Below the pieces are notes generated by a model that ran no database searches, was not told where the DNA came from, and worked only from the letters and a program-made list of their open reading frames with translations. Positions 8,396 through 16,343 of a DNA stretch of 64,000 nucleotides are shown here, piece after piece. How positions within the stretch are numbered: the stretch's first letter is position 1; each line of letters starts with the position of its first letter. Made by a program: the position numbers and the translations under genes. Origin of the DNA: Planctomycetota bacterium (GTDB taxonomy: Bacteria; Planctomycetota; Brocadiia; Brocadiales; Bathyanammoxibiaceae); contig JACQVQ010000012.1 in the NCBI GenBank assembly GCA_016209685.1, forward strand, positions 823 through 64,822, given 5' to 3'.

Positions 8396-9487
8396 ATGAA
8401 CCTCCTTGAGCACACCCTCCTGAATATACAATCGATTAATACGGACTCGGGGAGGGAGGCCGGGAAGAGGTTCAAAGAGTTTGCAATACCGCAGGGAAGC
8501 CTGGGTAGGCTGGAAGAGTTGGCCACCTTTTACGCCTCCGTAAGGGGAATACCAGGGAGGGAAATAAGACATAAGGTGGTGTTTGTAATGGCAGGAGACC
8601 ACGGGGTGGCAGAAGAGGGGGTGAGCAGTTTCCCCCAGGAGGTGACCTGCCAGATGGTCAAGAACTTCCTTAGTGGAGGCGCCGCCATAAACGTCCTGGC
8701 CCACCACGCTGGGGCAAGGGTAGTAGTGGTAGATTGCGGTGTGGCAGGGCCCGTTGAATCCGCCATCGTCCATGGTGCTACTGCCGGGCTTAAGATAAAA
8801 AAGATAGGCCACGGTACGGGGAATATTGCCCATGGTCCTGCCATGACCAGGAAAGAGGCCATTAAGGCCCTGGAGGTGGGCATAGAGACCTTGGAGGAGG
8901 AACTGGAAAGGGGCGACGTGGAACTGGTAGCCACGGGTGATATGGGTATAGCCAATACGACTCCCAGTACCGCCATACTCGTGTCCATTACTGGGGTAGG
9001 GGTAGAAGAGGTGGTGGGCAGGGGCACCGGGATAGGGAGTGATGGACTAGCAAGGAAGGCAGAAGTAGTTAAGAGGGCCATAGAGGTCAACCGTCCGGAC
9101 CCGCAAGACCCCCTGGACGTCCTGGCAAAGACGGGCGGGTACGAGATTGGGGCCATTGCGGGCCTCTGTCTAGGAGCATCCCGTCACCGCCTCCCTGTCC
9201 TGCTGGACGGCTTTATCTCCACGGCGGGTGCCCTCCTTGCCTGTGCCTTAGAGCCAAAGGTAAGAGGTTATCTTATGGCCTCTCACCTGTCGGCAGAGAG
9301 GGGACACGCCCTGATGCTTCAAAAATTGGGTTTAAAGCCCATTTTAGACCTGGATATGCGTCTTGGGGAGGGTACTGGGGCCGTCCTGGCCATGCCCCTG
9401 GTAGAAGCCAGTGTCAAGCTCCTCCTTGAGATGGCCACCTTCAGCCAGGCTGGAGTCAGCCGGGCAGATGGTAGGGGCGGTTCGTAA
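8396..9487 (+). CDS. cobT: nicotinate-nucleotide--dimethylbenzimidazole phosphoribosyltransferase
   Basis: PQGSLGRLEELA, MAGDHGV, GDMGIANTTPSTA, LGEGTGA motifs. ATG 8396 preferred over 8360. The last codons are supplied by a REP palindrome. Confidence 0.9.
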   Translation: MNLLEHTLLNIQSINTDSGREAGKRFKEFAIPQGSLGRLEELATFYASVRGIPGREIRHKVVFVMAGDHGVAEEGVSSFPQEVTCQMVKNFLSGGAAINVLAHHAGARVVVVDCGVAGPVESAIVHGATAGLKIKKIGHGTGNIAHGPAMTRKEAIKALEVGIETLEEELERGDVELVATGDMGIANTTPSTAILVSITGVGVEEVVGRGTGIGSDGLARKAEVVKRAIEVNRPDPQDPLDVLAKTGGYEIGAIAGLCLGASRHRLPVLLDGFISTAGALLACALEPKVRGYLMASHLSAERGHALMLQKLGLKPILDLDMRLGEGTGAVLAMPLVEASVKLLLEMATFSQAGVSRADGRGGS

Positions 9488-9499
9488 ACCGCCCCCTAC
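9471..9499. repeat. GTAG-headed REP-like palindrome spanning the cobT stop codon
   Basis: GTAGGGGCGGTTCGTAAACCGCCCCCTAC. It encodes ..GRGGS-stop of cobT. Confidence 0.85.
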
Positions 9500-9500
9500 A

Positions 9501-9568
9501 AAGAATACAGAATTCAGAATATAGAATTCTTTTTATTCTGACTACTGACTTCTGAATTCTGAATACTG
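9501..9568. repeat. heptamer-periodic hairpin element (CAGAATT flavour)
   Basis: AAGAATACAGAATTCAGAATATAGAATTC ... TTCTGACTACTGACTTCTGAATTCTGAATACTG. Confidence 0.8.
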
Positions 9569-9577
9569 TTTATTTAT

Positions 9578-10648
9578 ATGAAACTAGCCCTCATTGGCCT
9601 CCCGAAGTGTGGAAAGACTACGGTGTTTAACGCCGTGGTGGGCACTCATAAAGAAAGGCAGACCCCTGCCCACTCCGCCGTGCAAAATATTGCCATGGTC
9701 AAGGTCCCCGATGAGCGGTTGGATTTCCTCCACAGCCTCTTTCCAGAGAAACGCTGTACCCCTGCCTCCATTGAACTGCTTGAGCTAGTAGGCATATTCC
9801 CCTCACCATGGGAGGTCCATGCAGAGTCTGCTACTGCCCTTGCCCTGCTAAGGGAAATGGACCTCATTGTGGAAGTAATCCGGACGTTTCCCGATGAGAC
9901 AACGCCACACCCCAAAGGCTCCCTTGACCCCGTCAGAGATCTCAGAGATATGGAGCAAGAACTCCTCCTTAACGACCTCCTGTCGGCAGAAAAGAGGATA
10001 GACAAACTCAAAAAGGCCATCACCAAACCCACTCCTACCCAGCAAAAAGATAAGGAGGAGTTGGAGGTACTCCTCAGGTGTAAAGAGGCCCTGGACAAGG
10101 GACAAGACGTCTCTACGTTACCCCTTACCACCACCCAGCAAAAACAGATAAAGGGATTCTGCTTCTTTACAGAAAAACCCAGGCTCGTGGTAGTCAACGT
10201 GGGGGAAAACCAGGTTAATAGAGAATTTAAGGACCTCCCCACCAAGGCCCAGGTACTGGCCTTCTGCGGCAAGTTGGAGTCAGAACTCCTCGGCCTGGAG
10301 GACAAGGAGAGGGCGGAGTTCCAGGGGGCCTGGGGTATATCCGAGCCTGCAGGCCTAAGGCTCCTAAAGGCCTGTTACAAGACCCTCAACCTGGTCTCTT
10401 TTTATACCATGGAAGGGGAGGAGATAAGGGTCTGGTCCATACCCCGCGGAGAAACGGCTCTTACCGCCGCAGGGAAGATCCATTCCGATATAGCCAGGGG
10501 CTTCATTAAGGCCGAGGTAATGAGCTTAGCAGACCTTAAAACCCTGGGTTCCATAAAAGAGGTCAAGGCCCATGGGAAACTCCACGTGGTGGGCAAGGAG
10601 CATATCGTCCAGGACGGTGATATAATTACCTTCCGATTCCATGTGTGA
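9578..10648 (+). CDS. ychF: YchF-type ribosome-binding ATPase/GTPase
   Basis: GLPKCGKTTVFNA P-loop, central coiled insert, C-terminal TGS-like end (HIVQDGDIITFRF). Confidence 0.85.
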   Translation: MKLALIGLPKCGKTTVFNAVVGTHKERQTPAHSAVQNIAMVKVPDERLDFLHSLFPEKRCTPASIELLELVGIFPSPWEVHAESATALALLREMDLIVEVIRTFPDETTPHPKGSLDPVRDLRDMEQELLLNDLLSAEKRIDKLKKAITKPTPTQQKDKEELEVLLRCKEALDKGQDVSTLPLTTTQQKQIKGFCFFTEKPRLVVVNVGENQVNREFKDLPTKAQVLAFCGKLESELLGLEDKERAEFQGAWGISEPAGLRLLKACYKTLNLVSFYTMEGEEIRVWSIPRGETALTAAGKIHSDIARGFIKAEVMSLADLKTLGSIKEVKAHGKLHVVGKEHIVQDGDIITFRFHV

Positions 10649-10656
10649 TAAGAAAT

Positions 10657-10740
10657 AATTACAAATTTCATATTACAAATTTCAAATTTGGAATTTGATT
10701 TTAATTTGTAATTTGCAATCAGAAATTTGCAATTAGATTT
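10657..10740. repeat. heptamer-periodic hairpin element (AATTTCA/TTGCAAT flavour)
   Basis: AATTACA AATTTCA TATTACA AATTTCA AATTTGG AATTTGA TTTTAAT TTGTAAT TTGCAAT CAGAAAT TTGCAAT TAGATTT. Confidence 0.85.
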
Positions 10741-10742
10741 TG

Positions 10743-11987
10743 ATGAAGACCGTAGAGATTATCACCACGGGGAGTGAACTTATACAGGGGGAGGTAACCA
10801 ATACCAATGCCACCTATATCTCTAGGGAACTAACTAGAAAAGGGTTCGGTGTACTCTACCACACCACTGTGGGAGACGAGGTGGTATCTCTAGGCGGGGT
10901 TATTGAAAGGGCCATGGAGAGGGTGGATTTAGTTATAATCACAGGAGGTCTTGGGCCTACCAGGGATGACGTCACCAGGGAGGCCGTGGCCCTGGCCTGC
11001 CACAGAAAATTAGCCCTGAATAAGGAGTCCCAGGCACACATCCAGGAACTCTTCCGTTGCCGCCACCAGGAGATGCCCGAATCCAACCTCCGTCAGGCCC
11101 TACTGCCCGAAGGAGCCACCGTAATCCCCAACGGGATGGGCACCGCCCCAGGCTTTGCCCTCTTCCAGAAGGGTAGAGAGATTATTTGCCTCCCGGGGGT
11201 ACCAGAGGAGATGAAAAAGATGTTCCAGGAATGGGTAATCCCCCACCTGGAGAGGCTAATACCCGGCAAGAGGCATACCCTCCTGAGGAAATTACACGTA
11301 TTTGGCCTCCCCGAGGCCTTGGTGGGAGAAAAGATTGCCTACCTGATGGCACCAGAGGCCAACCCCAGGGCCGGCACAATGGTCCGTGAGGGCATAATCA
11401 CACTCCGTCTCCAGGCAGAGGCAGGGGAGGAGGCCAGGGCAAAAAACATGCTGGATGGGGCCGAGGTGGAGGTACGACGGCTACTGGGGGAGGCCGTCTT
11501 TGGAGTAGAGGATGAGACCCTAGAAGACGCCGCAGCCTCTCTCCTTATGAAGCACGGCCTCACCATTACCGTGGCCGAGTCCTGCACGGGGGGGCTTGTG
11601 TGCGACCTCCTTACTAACGTTCCAGGGATTTCTAAACACCTCCTGGAAGGAGTGGTAGTTTACACAGTGAGGGCCAAGTCCCTCCTCACTGGTCTCCCTG
11701 AAGGACGTATAGAAGAGATGGGCATTGTAACCCCGGAGATAACCAAACTCCTGGCCTCGTCTGTAAGGGAGAGGACCGGGGCAGACATCGGCCTGGCCGT
11801 AACGGGCGTGGCAGGGCCTACAAGCCCAAGTCCCGATATATCCGTTGGGCTGGTATACATCGCCCTTGCCACTAAAAAGGACTGCACCGTAAAAGAATTC
11901 CGCTTCAGTGGGACAAGGAAGTGGATAAAACTCCTCGCCGCCAAACATGCGTTGAATATGGTAAGGGTACGTCTCTTAAAGTGGTAG
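10743..11987 (+). CDS. cinA: CinA-family protein (MoCF-binding domain plus nicotinamide-nucleotide amidohydrolase domain)
   Basis: N-terminal MogA/MoaB-like ITTGSELIQGEVTNTN...ITGGLGPTRDD. C-terminal CinA domain TVAESCTGG...GVAGP. Confidence 0.85.
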   Translation: MKTVEIITTGSELIQGEVTNTNATYISRELTRKGFGVLYHTTVGDEVVSLGGVIERAMERVDLVIITGGLGPTRDDVTREAVALACHRKLALNKESQAHIQELFRCRHQEMPESNLRQALLPEGATVIPNGMGTAPGFALFQKGREIICLPGVPEEMKKMFQEWVIPHLERLIPGKRHTLLRKLHVFGLPEALVGEKIAYLMAPEANPRAGTMVREGIITLRLQAEAGEEARAKNMLDGAEVEVRRLLGEAVFGVEDETLEDAAASLLMKHGLTITVAESCTGGLVCDLLTNVPGISKHLLEGVVVYTVRAKSLLTGLPEGRIEEMGIVTPEITKLLASSVRERTGADIGLAVTGVAGPTSPSPDISVGLVYIALATKKDCTVKEFRFSGTRKWIKLLAAKHALNMVRVRLLKW

Positions 11988-12293
11988 AAAGAAGGGCATG
12001 TTTAAAAGGCATTACACTGCAAAGATATTTAATAGAGGTCTCTGAAAAATGCCCAGCGTGTCATTCTGAACCGCCAAAGGCAGGGAAACTGCACCACGGA
12101 AAATCAACCACTTACGTTCGCTCAAATTGCCTAAATGAGACTTTTTTTAGGGTTGGGCAACAGCCTCTCCATATACTCCACACCGCAATCCGCAATTCCT
12201 GTTTACAATCTCCCCTGGTAGTGTTAATATCCTTCACGGTTTGGGGCCTCAGCCCCCAGGTTGAAAATCTGCCTCGGACGGGGCGAATTCAAA

Positions 12294-13334
12294 ATGAACT
12301 ACACCCTCAGAGAGATATGCACTATAACAGGTGGGACCCTGGTGGGGGACGGCGACACCAGGATAACCGGGGTGGCAAGCCTTGAGGGGGCAAGACAAGG
12401 GGATATTACCTTTGTGAAGGGGGAGGAGTTCATAGAAAAGGCCCTCAAGACCAGGGCCTCTGCCCTCGTGGTCCACAGGGAGATAAAGGAGTTTAAATCC
12501 GCCCCTTCGCTACGCTCAAGGGCAGGCTTGGGCGGACAGATAGTCGTAAAGGACCCCTTCCTTGCATTTGTAAAAATACTGGAGGTCTTCTCGCAGGAGA
12601 GGGGCAAACGTCACAGGGGTATTCACCCCCCGACCCTGGTGGCAAAGACTGCTACTATCGGCAGGGAGGTCTCCATCGGGGCCTACTCTGTTATTGAAGA
12701 GGGGGCCGTGATTGGTGACAGGGCCACCCTCTATCCCATGGTCTATATAGGACACAATACGAAGGTAGGAGAAGATACGCTCATTTATCCCATGGTCTCC
12801 ATCAGAGAAGAGGTCTCCATAGGTAAACGGGTGATAATCCATTCCGGTACTACCATCGGCGGGGACGGCTTCGGCTATTTACAGGTAGAGGGACGCCACG
12901 TAAAGATACCACAGGTAGGCACCATTGAGATTGGAGACGACGTGGAGATAGGCTGTAACGTTACCATAGCCAGGGCAACCCTGGATAAGACGGTAATAGC
13001 CAGGGGGGTAAAGATTGATAACCACTCCCATATTGCCCACAATGTCATTATTGGCGAGGATACCATGCTCATCGCCTACGCCAAGATTGCCGGGGGTGCG
13101 GTGATTGGTAAGAACGTAATGATTGCCGAGGACGTGGGCATTACAGACCACGCCACTATTGGAGATAACTGCGTGATTGGGGGCGGGTCAAACGTCTATA
13201 AGAGCCTACCTCCTGGCTCGGTGGTCTGGGGCTCCCCCGCAAAGCCCATAATGGAAGAAAAGAGGCTTCAAGTCTTGCTCCGTAAATTACCGAAAATGTG
13301 GGAGACATTAAAAAGGTTTGGTAACCTCCGATAA
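12294..13334 (+). CDS. lpxD: UDP-3-O-acylglucosamine N-acyltransferase
   Basis: N-terminal LpxD domain (GDGDTRITGVASLEGARQGDITFV) plus a long left-handed beta-helix of hexapeptide repeats. The 3' end is duplicated in diverged form at 13889-14026. Confidence 0.9.
   Translation: MNYTLREICTITGGTLVGDGDTRITGVASLEGARQGDITFVKGEEFIEKALKTRASALVVHREIKEFKSAPSLRSRAGLGGQIVVKDPFLAFVKILEVFSQERGKRHRGIHPPTLVAKTATIGREVSIGAYSVIEEGAVIGDRATLYPMVYIGHNTKVGEDTLIYPMVSIREEVSIGKRVIIHSGTTIGGDGFGYLQVEGRHVKIPQVGTIEIGDDVEIGCNVTIARATLDKTVIARGVKIDNHSHIAHNVIIGEDTMLIAYAKIAGGAVIGKNVMIAEDVGITDHATIGDNCVIGGGSNVYKSLPPGSVVWGSPAKPIMEEKRLQVLLRKLPKMWETLKRFGNLR
12498..12536. repeat. 39-nt element with inverted termini, in frame within lpxD
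   Basis: TCCGCCC-cttcgctacgctcaagggcaggctt-GGGCGGA encodes SAPSLRSRAGLGG. Its core resembles ccttcggcaggctcagggcag at 15507. Confidence 0.4.
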
Positions 13335-13340
13335 TAAATA

Positions 13341-13562
13341 ATGGAAATATACCTGAGCAGGCATGCAAGAAGGCAAATGAAGTGGAGAAAAATCTCCGAG
13401 GAAGAAATTAAAGACACCGTTCTCCATCCAGAAGAAATAGAAGATTCAATAAAAGGCCGAAAGAATGCATTCAAACGTGTCGGACAAAAATGGCTGAAGG
13501 TGACATTCGTAAAGGAAAATGATAAAATAATCATAATTACGGTAATTGATAAAAACAAATAG
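13341..13562 (+). CDS. DUF4258-family protein (putative toxin component)
   Basis: MEIYLSRHARRQMKWRKISEEEIKDTVLHPE matches the H-A-x-x-R-M-x-x-R-x-I-S N-terminus typical of DUF4258. Confidence 0.65.
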   Translation: MEIYLSRHARRQMKWRKISEEEIKDTVLHPEEIEDSIKGRKNAFKRVGQKWLKVTFVKENDKIIIITVIDKNK

Positions 13563-13570
13563 GAGAAACA

Positions 13571-13816
13571 ATGAAGATTGAATATGACAGAGAAGTAGAT
13601 GCACTTTATATCAGGATACAAGAAAAAGAGGTTTCACGAACCAAAGAAGTCGCAGAGGGCGTAAACCTTGATATAGATGAGGAGGGAAAAATTATAGGTC
13701 TTGAGATTGTAGGTGCTACTGAAAGATACAGCCTGAAGGATATTTTAAACATCTCAACCGAAAACTTGATACTTGAAGAACTCCCCAAGCAAAAAACAGT
13801 AAGCAGTAAGGACTAA
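13571..13816 (+). CDS. DUF2283-family protein (putative antitoxin component)
   Basis: MKIEYDREVDALYIRIQ...NLDIDEEGKIIGLEIVGA matches the DUF2283 pattern. It lies 8 nt after the DUF4258 gene. Confidence 0.65.
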   Translation: MKIEYDREVDALYIRIQEKEVSRTKEVAEGVNLDIDEEGKIIGLEIVGATERYSLKDILNISTENLILEELPKQKTVSSKD

Positions 13817-13818
13817 GC

Positions 13819-13877
13819 AGGATTTCGGATTTGGAATTTATAAATTCACAATTCCAAATTCCAAATTCGCAATTTCT
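13819..13877. repeat. heptamer-periodic hairpin element (GGATTTC/CCAAATT flavour)
   Basis: GGATTTCGGATTTGGAATTTATAAATTCACAATTCCAAATTCCAAATTCGCAATTTC. Confidence 0.8.
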
Positions 13878-13888
13878 CCACAATCCCA

Positions 13889-14026
13889 GTCGTATGGGGC
13901 TCCCCAGCCAAACCTATAATGGAGGAAAAACGACTCCAGGCCCTATTAAAGAAACTGCCAGAGATGCGAGAGACACTGAAGGAGATTGCAAGGGTCTTAA
14001 AGGAAAAAGGGCTTATTGGGAATTAG
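13889..14026 (+). pseudogene. lpxD: displaced 3' end of lpxD (45 codons plus stop, no 5' part)
   Basis: Hand translation VVWGSPAKPIMEEKRLQALLKKLPEMRETLKEIARVLKEKGLIGN-stop aligns with the lpxD C-terminus VVWGSPAKPIMEEKRLQVLLRKLPKMWETLKRFGNLR-stop. Confidence 0.8.
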
Positions 14027-14037
14027 TAATTTTTTTC

Positions 14038-14072
14038 TCTACTCCCTACTCCCTAATCCCTAGCCCCTAGTT
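14038..14072. repeat. C-rich heptamer run (single arm)
   Basis: TTTTTTTCTCT ACTCCCT ACTCCCT AATCCCT AGCCCCT AG. This is the complement of the TAGGGGN ... AGAGAAAAAAA type. Confidence 0.7.
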
Positions 14073-15206
14073 CTACTTCCCCACCCCCACCGGCTCCAGT
14101 ACCTTCCGTACGGTGAACCGCTTGTCTAGCTTGTTCATCTTGTCCACTATGCCGCCGTACTCTAGCTCATCGTAGGGGAGCATGGCGGGGCCGCTGAAGC
14201 CCTGTCTCCTTATCTCGGTGGCCTTCTGGGACACGTTGTTCCTGACCCAGTCCCAGTAGGGGTGGTCAAAGGCGTCGGCAGGCTCGGTAAGCTTCCCGTT
14301 GTGCACGCAGAAGGCCGCACATGTCACCACCACAGGGCCATCAAAATAGGAGATGGTCGTGTTCTGTTTGCATGGCATCATGGGACCGTTGTGACTGCCC
14401 CTCATGGTGCCGGCACAGTAGTGGCCGATACTGAACGGGGAGAGGACTTCTCCCGTGGCGGGGAAGTTGGATTGACACCTGACCAGCATCACAGGGTCGT
14501 CTTTCCCTACGTATTTCCCGGCAATGTTGTGCAGCCTGGTGGTACTGACTGAGGCCGCTATGTCTCCTGTGGTCCTGGACCAGATAGACTCTACCACAAA
14601 CCGGGAATTATCCCGTAAGAGGGCGGCTATGTCATACATCTCCTCCGGGGCGTTGAGTTCTATGACCCTGTCCCCTTTCGTGTGGTTTACGTCCATAATG
14701 ACAAACTTGAAGCCCTTGGCTAGGGAAGGGGCAAGCATAAGGCCGGCACAGTGCATGGGGTCAACAAAGGATAGAAAGAGGGGGAGGTTATAGGCCCCCG
14801 GCTCCGTCTTATCGGCGGCAAAGAAGAGGAAGGACTCGTTGGGTCTCTCCTCAATCTCCATCTCTGCCGTAGAGGGCCCCAGACCTTTTACGTTACCAGA
14901 GAAGGCGTCTTTAAGGAGGTCCTGCCCGGCGCCATAAAGTCCCTGTTCCTTGGCCACCCGTGTACCCGCCTGGAAGGCGTCCCAGGCCATGCGATGCACG
15001 TCTTCATTTAAGGTACCCCTGGTATGGGTAGTAAGTATGGCAATGTCATCTCCCGTAGAACTAATGAATGAATCAATTAGTAGCCCCTTCTTTTTACCGT
15101 TTGTCTCTACAAAATCCCGCACCGCCTGGAGCACCTTTGCGCTGGGTTTTATATGACCTCCAATAGAGCCAATGTCAGCCTTTATCACGCTTAAGGTTAT
15201 TTTCAT
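14073..15206 (-). CDS. fbp: bifunctional fructose-1,6-bisphosphate aldolase/phosphatase (class V FBPase)
   Basis: MKITLSVIKADIGSIGGH N-terminus and overall 377-aa pattern typical of the archaeal/deep-branching bacterial FBP aldolase/phosphatase. Confidence 0.9.
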   Translation of the reverse strand: MKITLSVIKADIGSIGGHIKPSAKVLQAVRDFVETNGKKKGLLIDSFISSTGDDIAILTTHTRGTLNEDVHRMAWDAFQAGTRVAKEQGLYGAGQDLLKDAFSGNVKGLGPSTAEMEIEERPNESFLFFAADKTEPGAYNLPLFLSFVDPMHCAGLMLAPSLAKGFKFVIMDVNHTKGDRVIELNAPEEMYDIAALLRDNSRFVVESIWSRTTGDIAASVSTTRLHNIAGKYVGKDDPVMLVRCQSNFPATGEVLSPFSIGHYCAGTMRGSHNGPMMPCKQNTTISYFDGPVVVTCAAFCVHNGKLTEPADAFDHPYWDWVRNNVSQKATEIRRQGFSGPAMLPYDELEYGGIVDKMNKLDKRFTVRKVLEPVGVGK

Positions 15207-15336
15207 GACTCATCCTCTCTCTAGCCTTGGGTTATACAACAAAAGATTTAGTGTTTTATCCATTAGCTATACTATCGTAAATTTATATATCAAAATCATT
15301 AAAAATCAAGCACCAAAATTTTATGCCAAGAAGAAA

Positions 15337-15364
15337 TTGACAAAGCGATTTTATCGGTTAATCT
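15337..15364 (+). promoter_or_regulatory. possible sigma70-type promoter upstream of the MBL hydrolase gene
   Basis: TTGACA (15337-15342), 16-nt spacer, TAATCT (15359-15364). Confidence 0.35.
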
Positions 15365-15399
15365 AATCAATGGGGTGGCGCCCTAACCAGGGGTCAGGT

Positions 15400-15464
15400 G
15401 TAGCCGCAGTCCGCCTGAGGCGGATTAGCCTGCGAAATGAACGCAACCTAAAGGTTGCGGCTAC
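15400..15464. repeat. composite GTAG...CTAC palindromic element
   Basis: GTAGCCGCA-gt-CCGCCTGAGGCGG-attagcctgcgaaatgaacgcaacctaaaggt-TGCGGCTAC. The inner CCGCCTGAGGCGG hairpin recurs at 42638, 59746 and 61243. Confidence 0.75.
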
Positions 15465-15476
15465 TGATATACCCTT

Positions 15477-16328
15477 ATGGTCAAGAAACAGACCGGCGAG
15501 ACCAACCCTTCGGCAGGCTCAGGGCAGACCCTGCACCGTTCTGGTGCAGGGCAGAGCTTTATAAAATTCCTGGGTACGGCAGGGGCCCGTTTTGTGGTGT
15601 CCACACAGCTAAGGGCCTCCGGAGGGATATGGTTCTCACTGGATGGGGTGAATATCCTCGGTGACCCAGGTCCAGGGTGTCTCGTCCGCTGTACGACAAG
15701 CAGACCGAAGATGAATCCTGCAAGACTTGATGCTATAATATTAACCCACAGGCACCTGGACCACTCTGGTGACGTCAATATCATGATAGAGGCAATGACT
15801 GAGGGCGGCACAAAGAAGAGGGGTGCACTCTTTGCCCCACAACAGGCCCTGGAGGACGACCCTGTGGTCTTTCAGTACGTCAGGAAATTCTTGTCCAGAC
15901 TGGAGGTACTTAAAGAAGGAGGCACTTACCAGTTGGATGGCGTGTCTTTTTCCACTCCCGTCAGACATCAGCACCCTGCGGAGACCTACGGGGTAAATTT
16001 CAAGACCTCGCTGGGGACTATCTCCTGGATGGTAGACACCGCCTTCTTCCCTGAACTGCTAAAACACTACAGGGGAGATGTGCTGATACTCCATTCCGTC
16101 AGATACAAAGACGAAAATGATAAAGAAAAAGGGATTTATCATCTAAACCTGGAGGATATAAAAAATATAGTCAACGAACTCCGGCCCCGTGTCACCCTCC
16201 TTACCCATTTTGGCATGACAATGCTGCGGGCCAGGCCCCATGAGCTGGCAGAGAGGCTTTCAGAAGAGACGGGGTGCAGGGTGATAGCCGCTAGCGATGG
16301 GATGAGGTTTGAATTAACCGGGGTCTGA
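15477..16328 (+). CDS. MBL-fold metallo-hydrolase
   Basis: LTHRHLDHSGD (HxHxDH) motif and FLGTAG N-terminal strand. The first ~25 codons run through the palindrome CCCTGCACCGTTCTGGTGCAGGG (15529-15551). Confidence 0.8.
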   Translation: MVKKQTGETNPSAGSGQTLHRSGAGQSFIKFLGTAGARFVVSTQLRASGGIWFSLDGVNILGDPGPGCLVRCTTSRPKMNPARLDAIILTHRHLDHSGDVNIMIEAMTEGGTKKRGALFAPQQALEDDPVVFQYVRKFLSRLEVLKEGGTYQLDGVSFSTPVRHQHPAETYGVNFKTSLGTISWMVDTAFFPELLKHYRGDVLILHSVRYKDENDKEKGIYHLNLEDIKNIVNELRPRVTLLTHFGMTMLRARPHELAERLSEETGCRVIAASDGMRFELTGV

Positions 16329-16343
16329 AAATCTACTAATAAG

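Larger units (their letters stand above)
13335..13888 (+). mobile_element. A+T-richer two-gene TA-like cassette lodged between the functional lpxD 3' end and a displaced lpxD 3' remnant
   Basis: Bounded by homologous lpxD 3' segments (13224-13334 and 13889-14026). Carries DUF4258 and DUF2283 genes plus a heptamer hairpin. No recombinase seen. Confidence 0.6.

Noticed and set aside
8240-9156. Minus-strand ORFs of 197 and 208 aa
   Set aside because: They are antisense to cobT, whose motifs are clear, and the first also runs through a heptamer repeat.
11921-12385. 154-aa plus-strand ORF bridging cinA and lpxD
   Set aside because: It overlaps the ends of two well-supported genes, has no RBS and no motif, and has a Cys/Arg/His-rich composition typical of an out-of-frame or intergenic reading.
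13831-14070. 79-aa ORF (MEFINSQFQIPNSQF...)
   Set aside because: It starts inside a heptamer hairpin and then reads the lpxD 3' remnant in the wrong frame. The +1 frame gives the clean LpxD C-terminal homology instead.
15370-15664. Small ORFs of 64-69 aa upstream of and overlapping the MBL hydrolase start
   Set aside because: They read through the composite palindromes (Arg/Pro/Gly-rich) and overlap the MBL gene.
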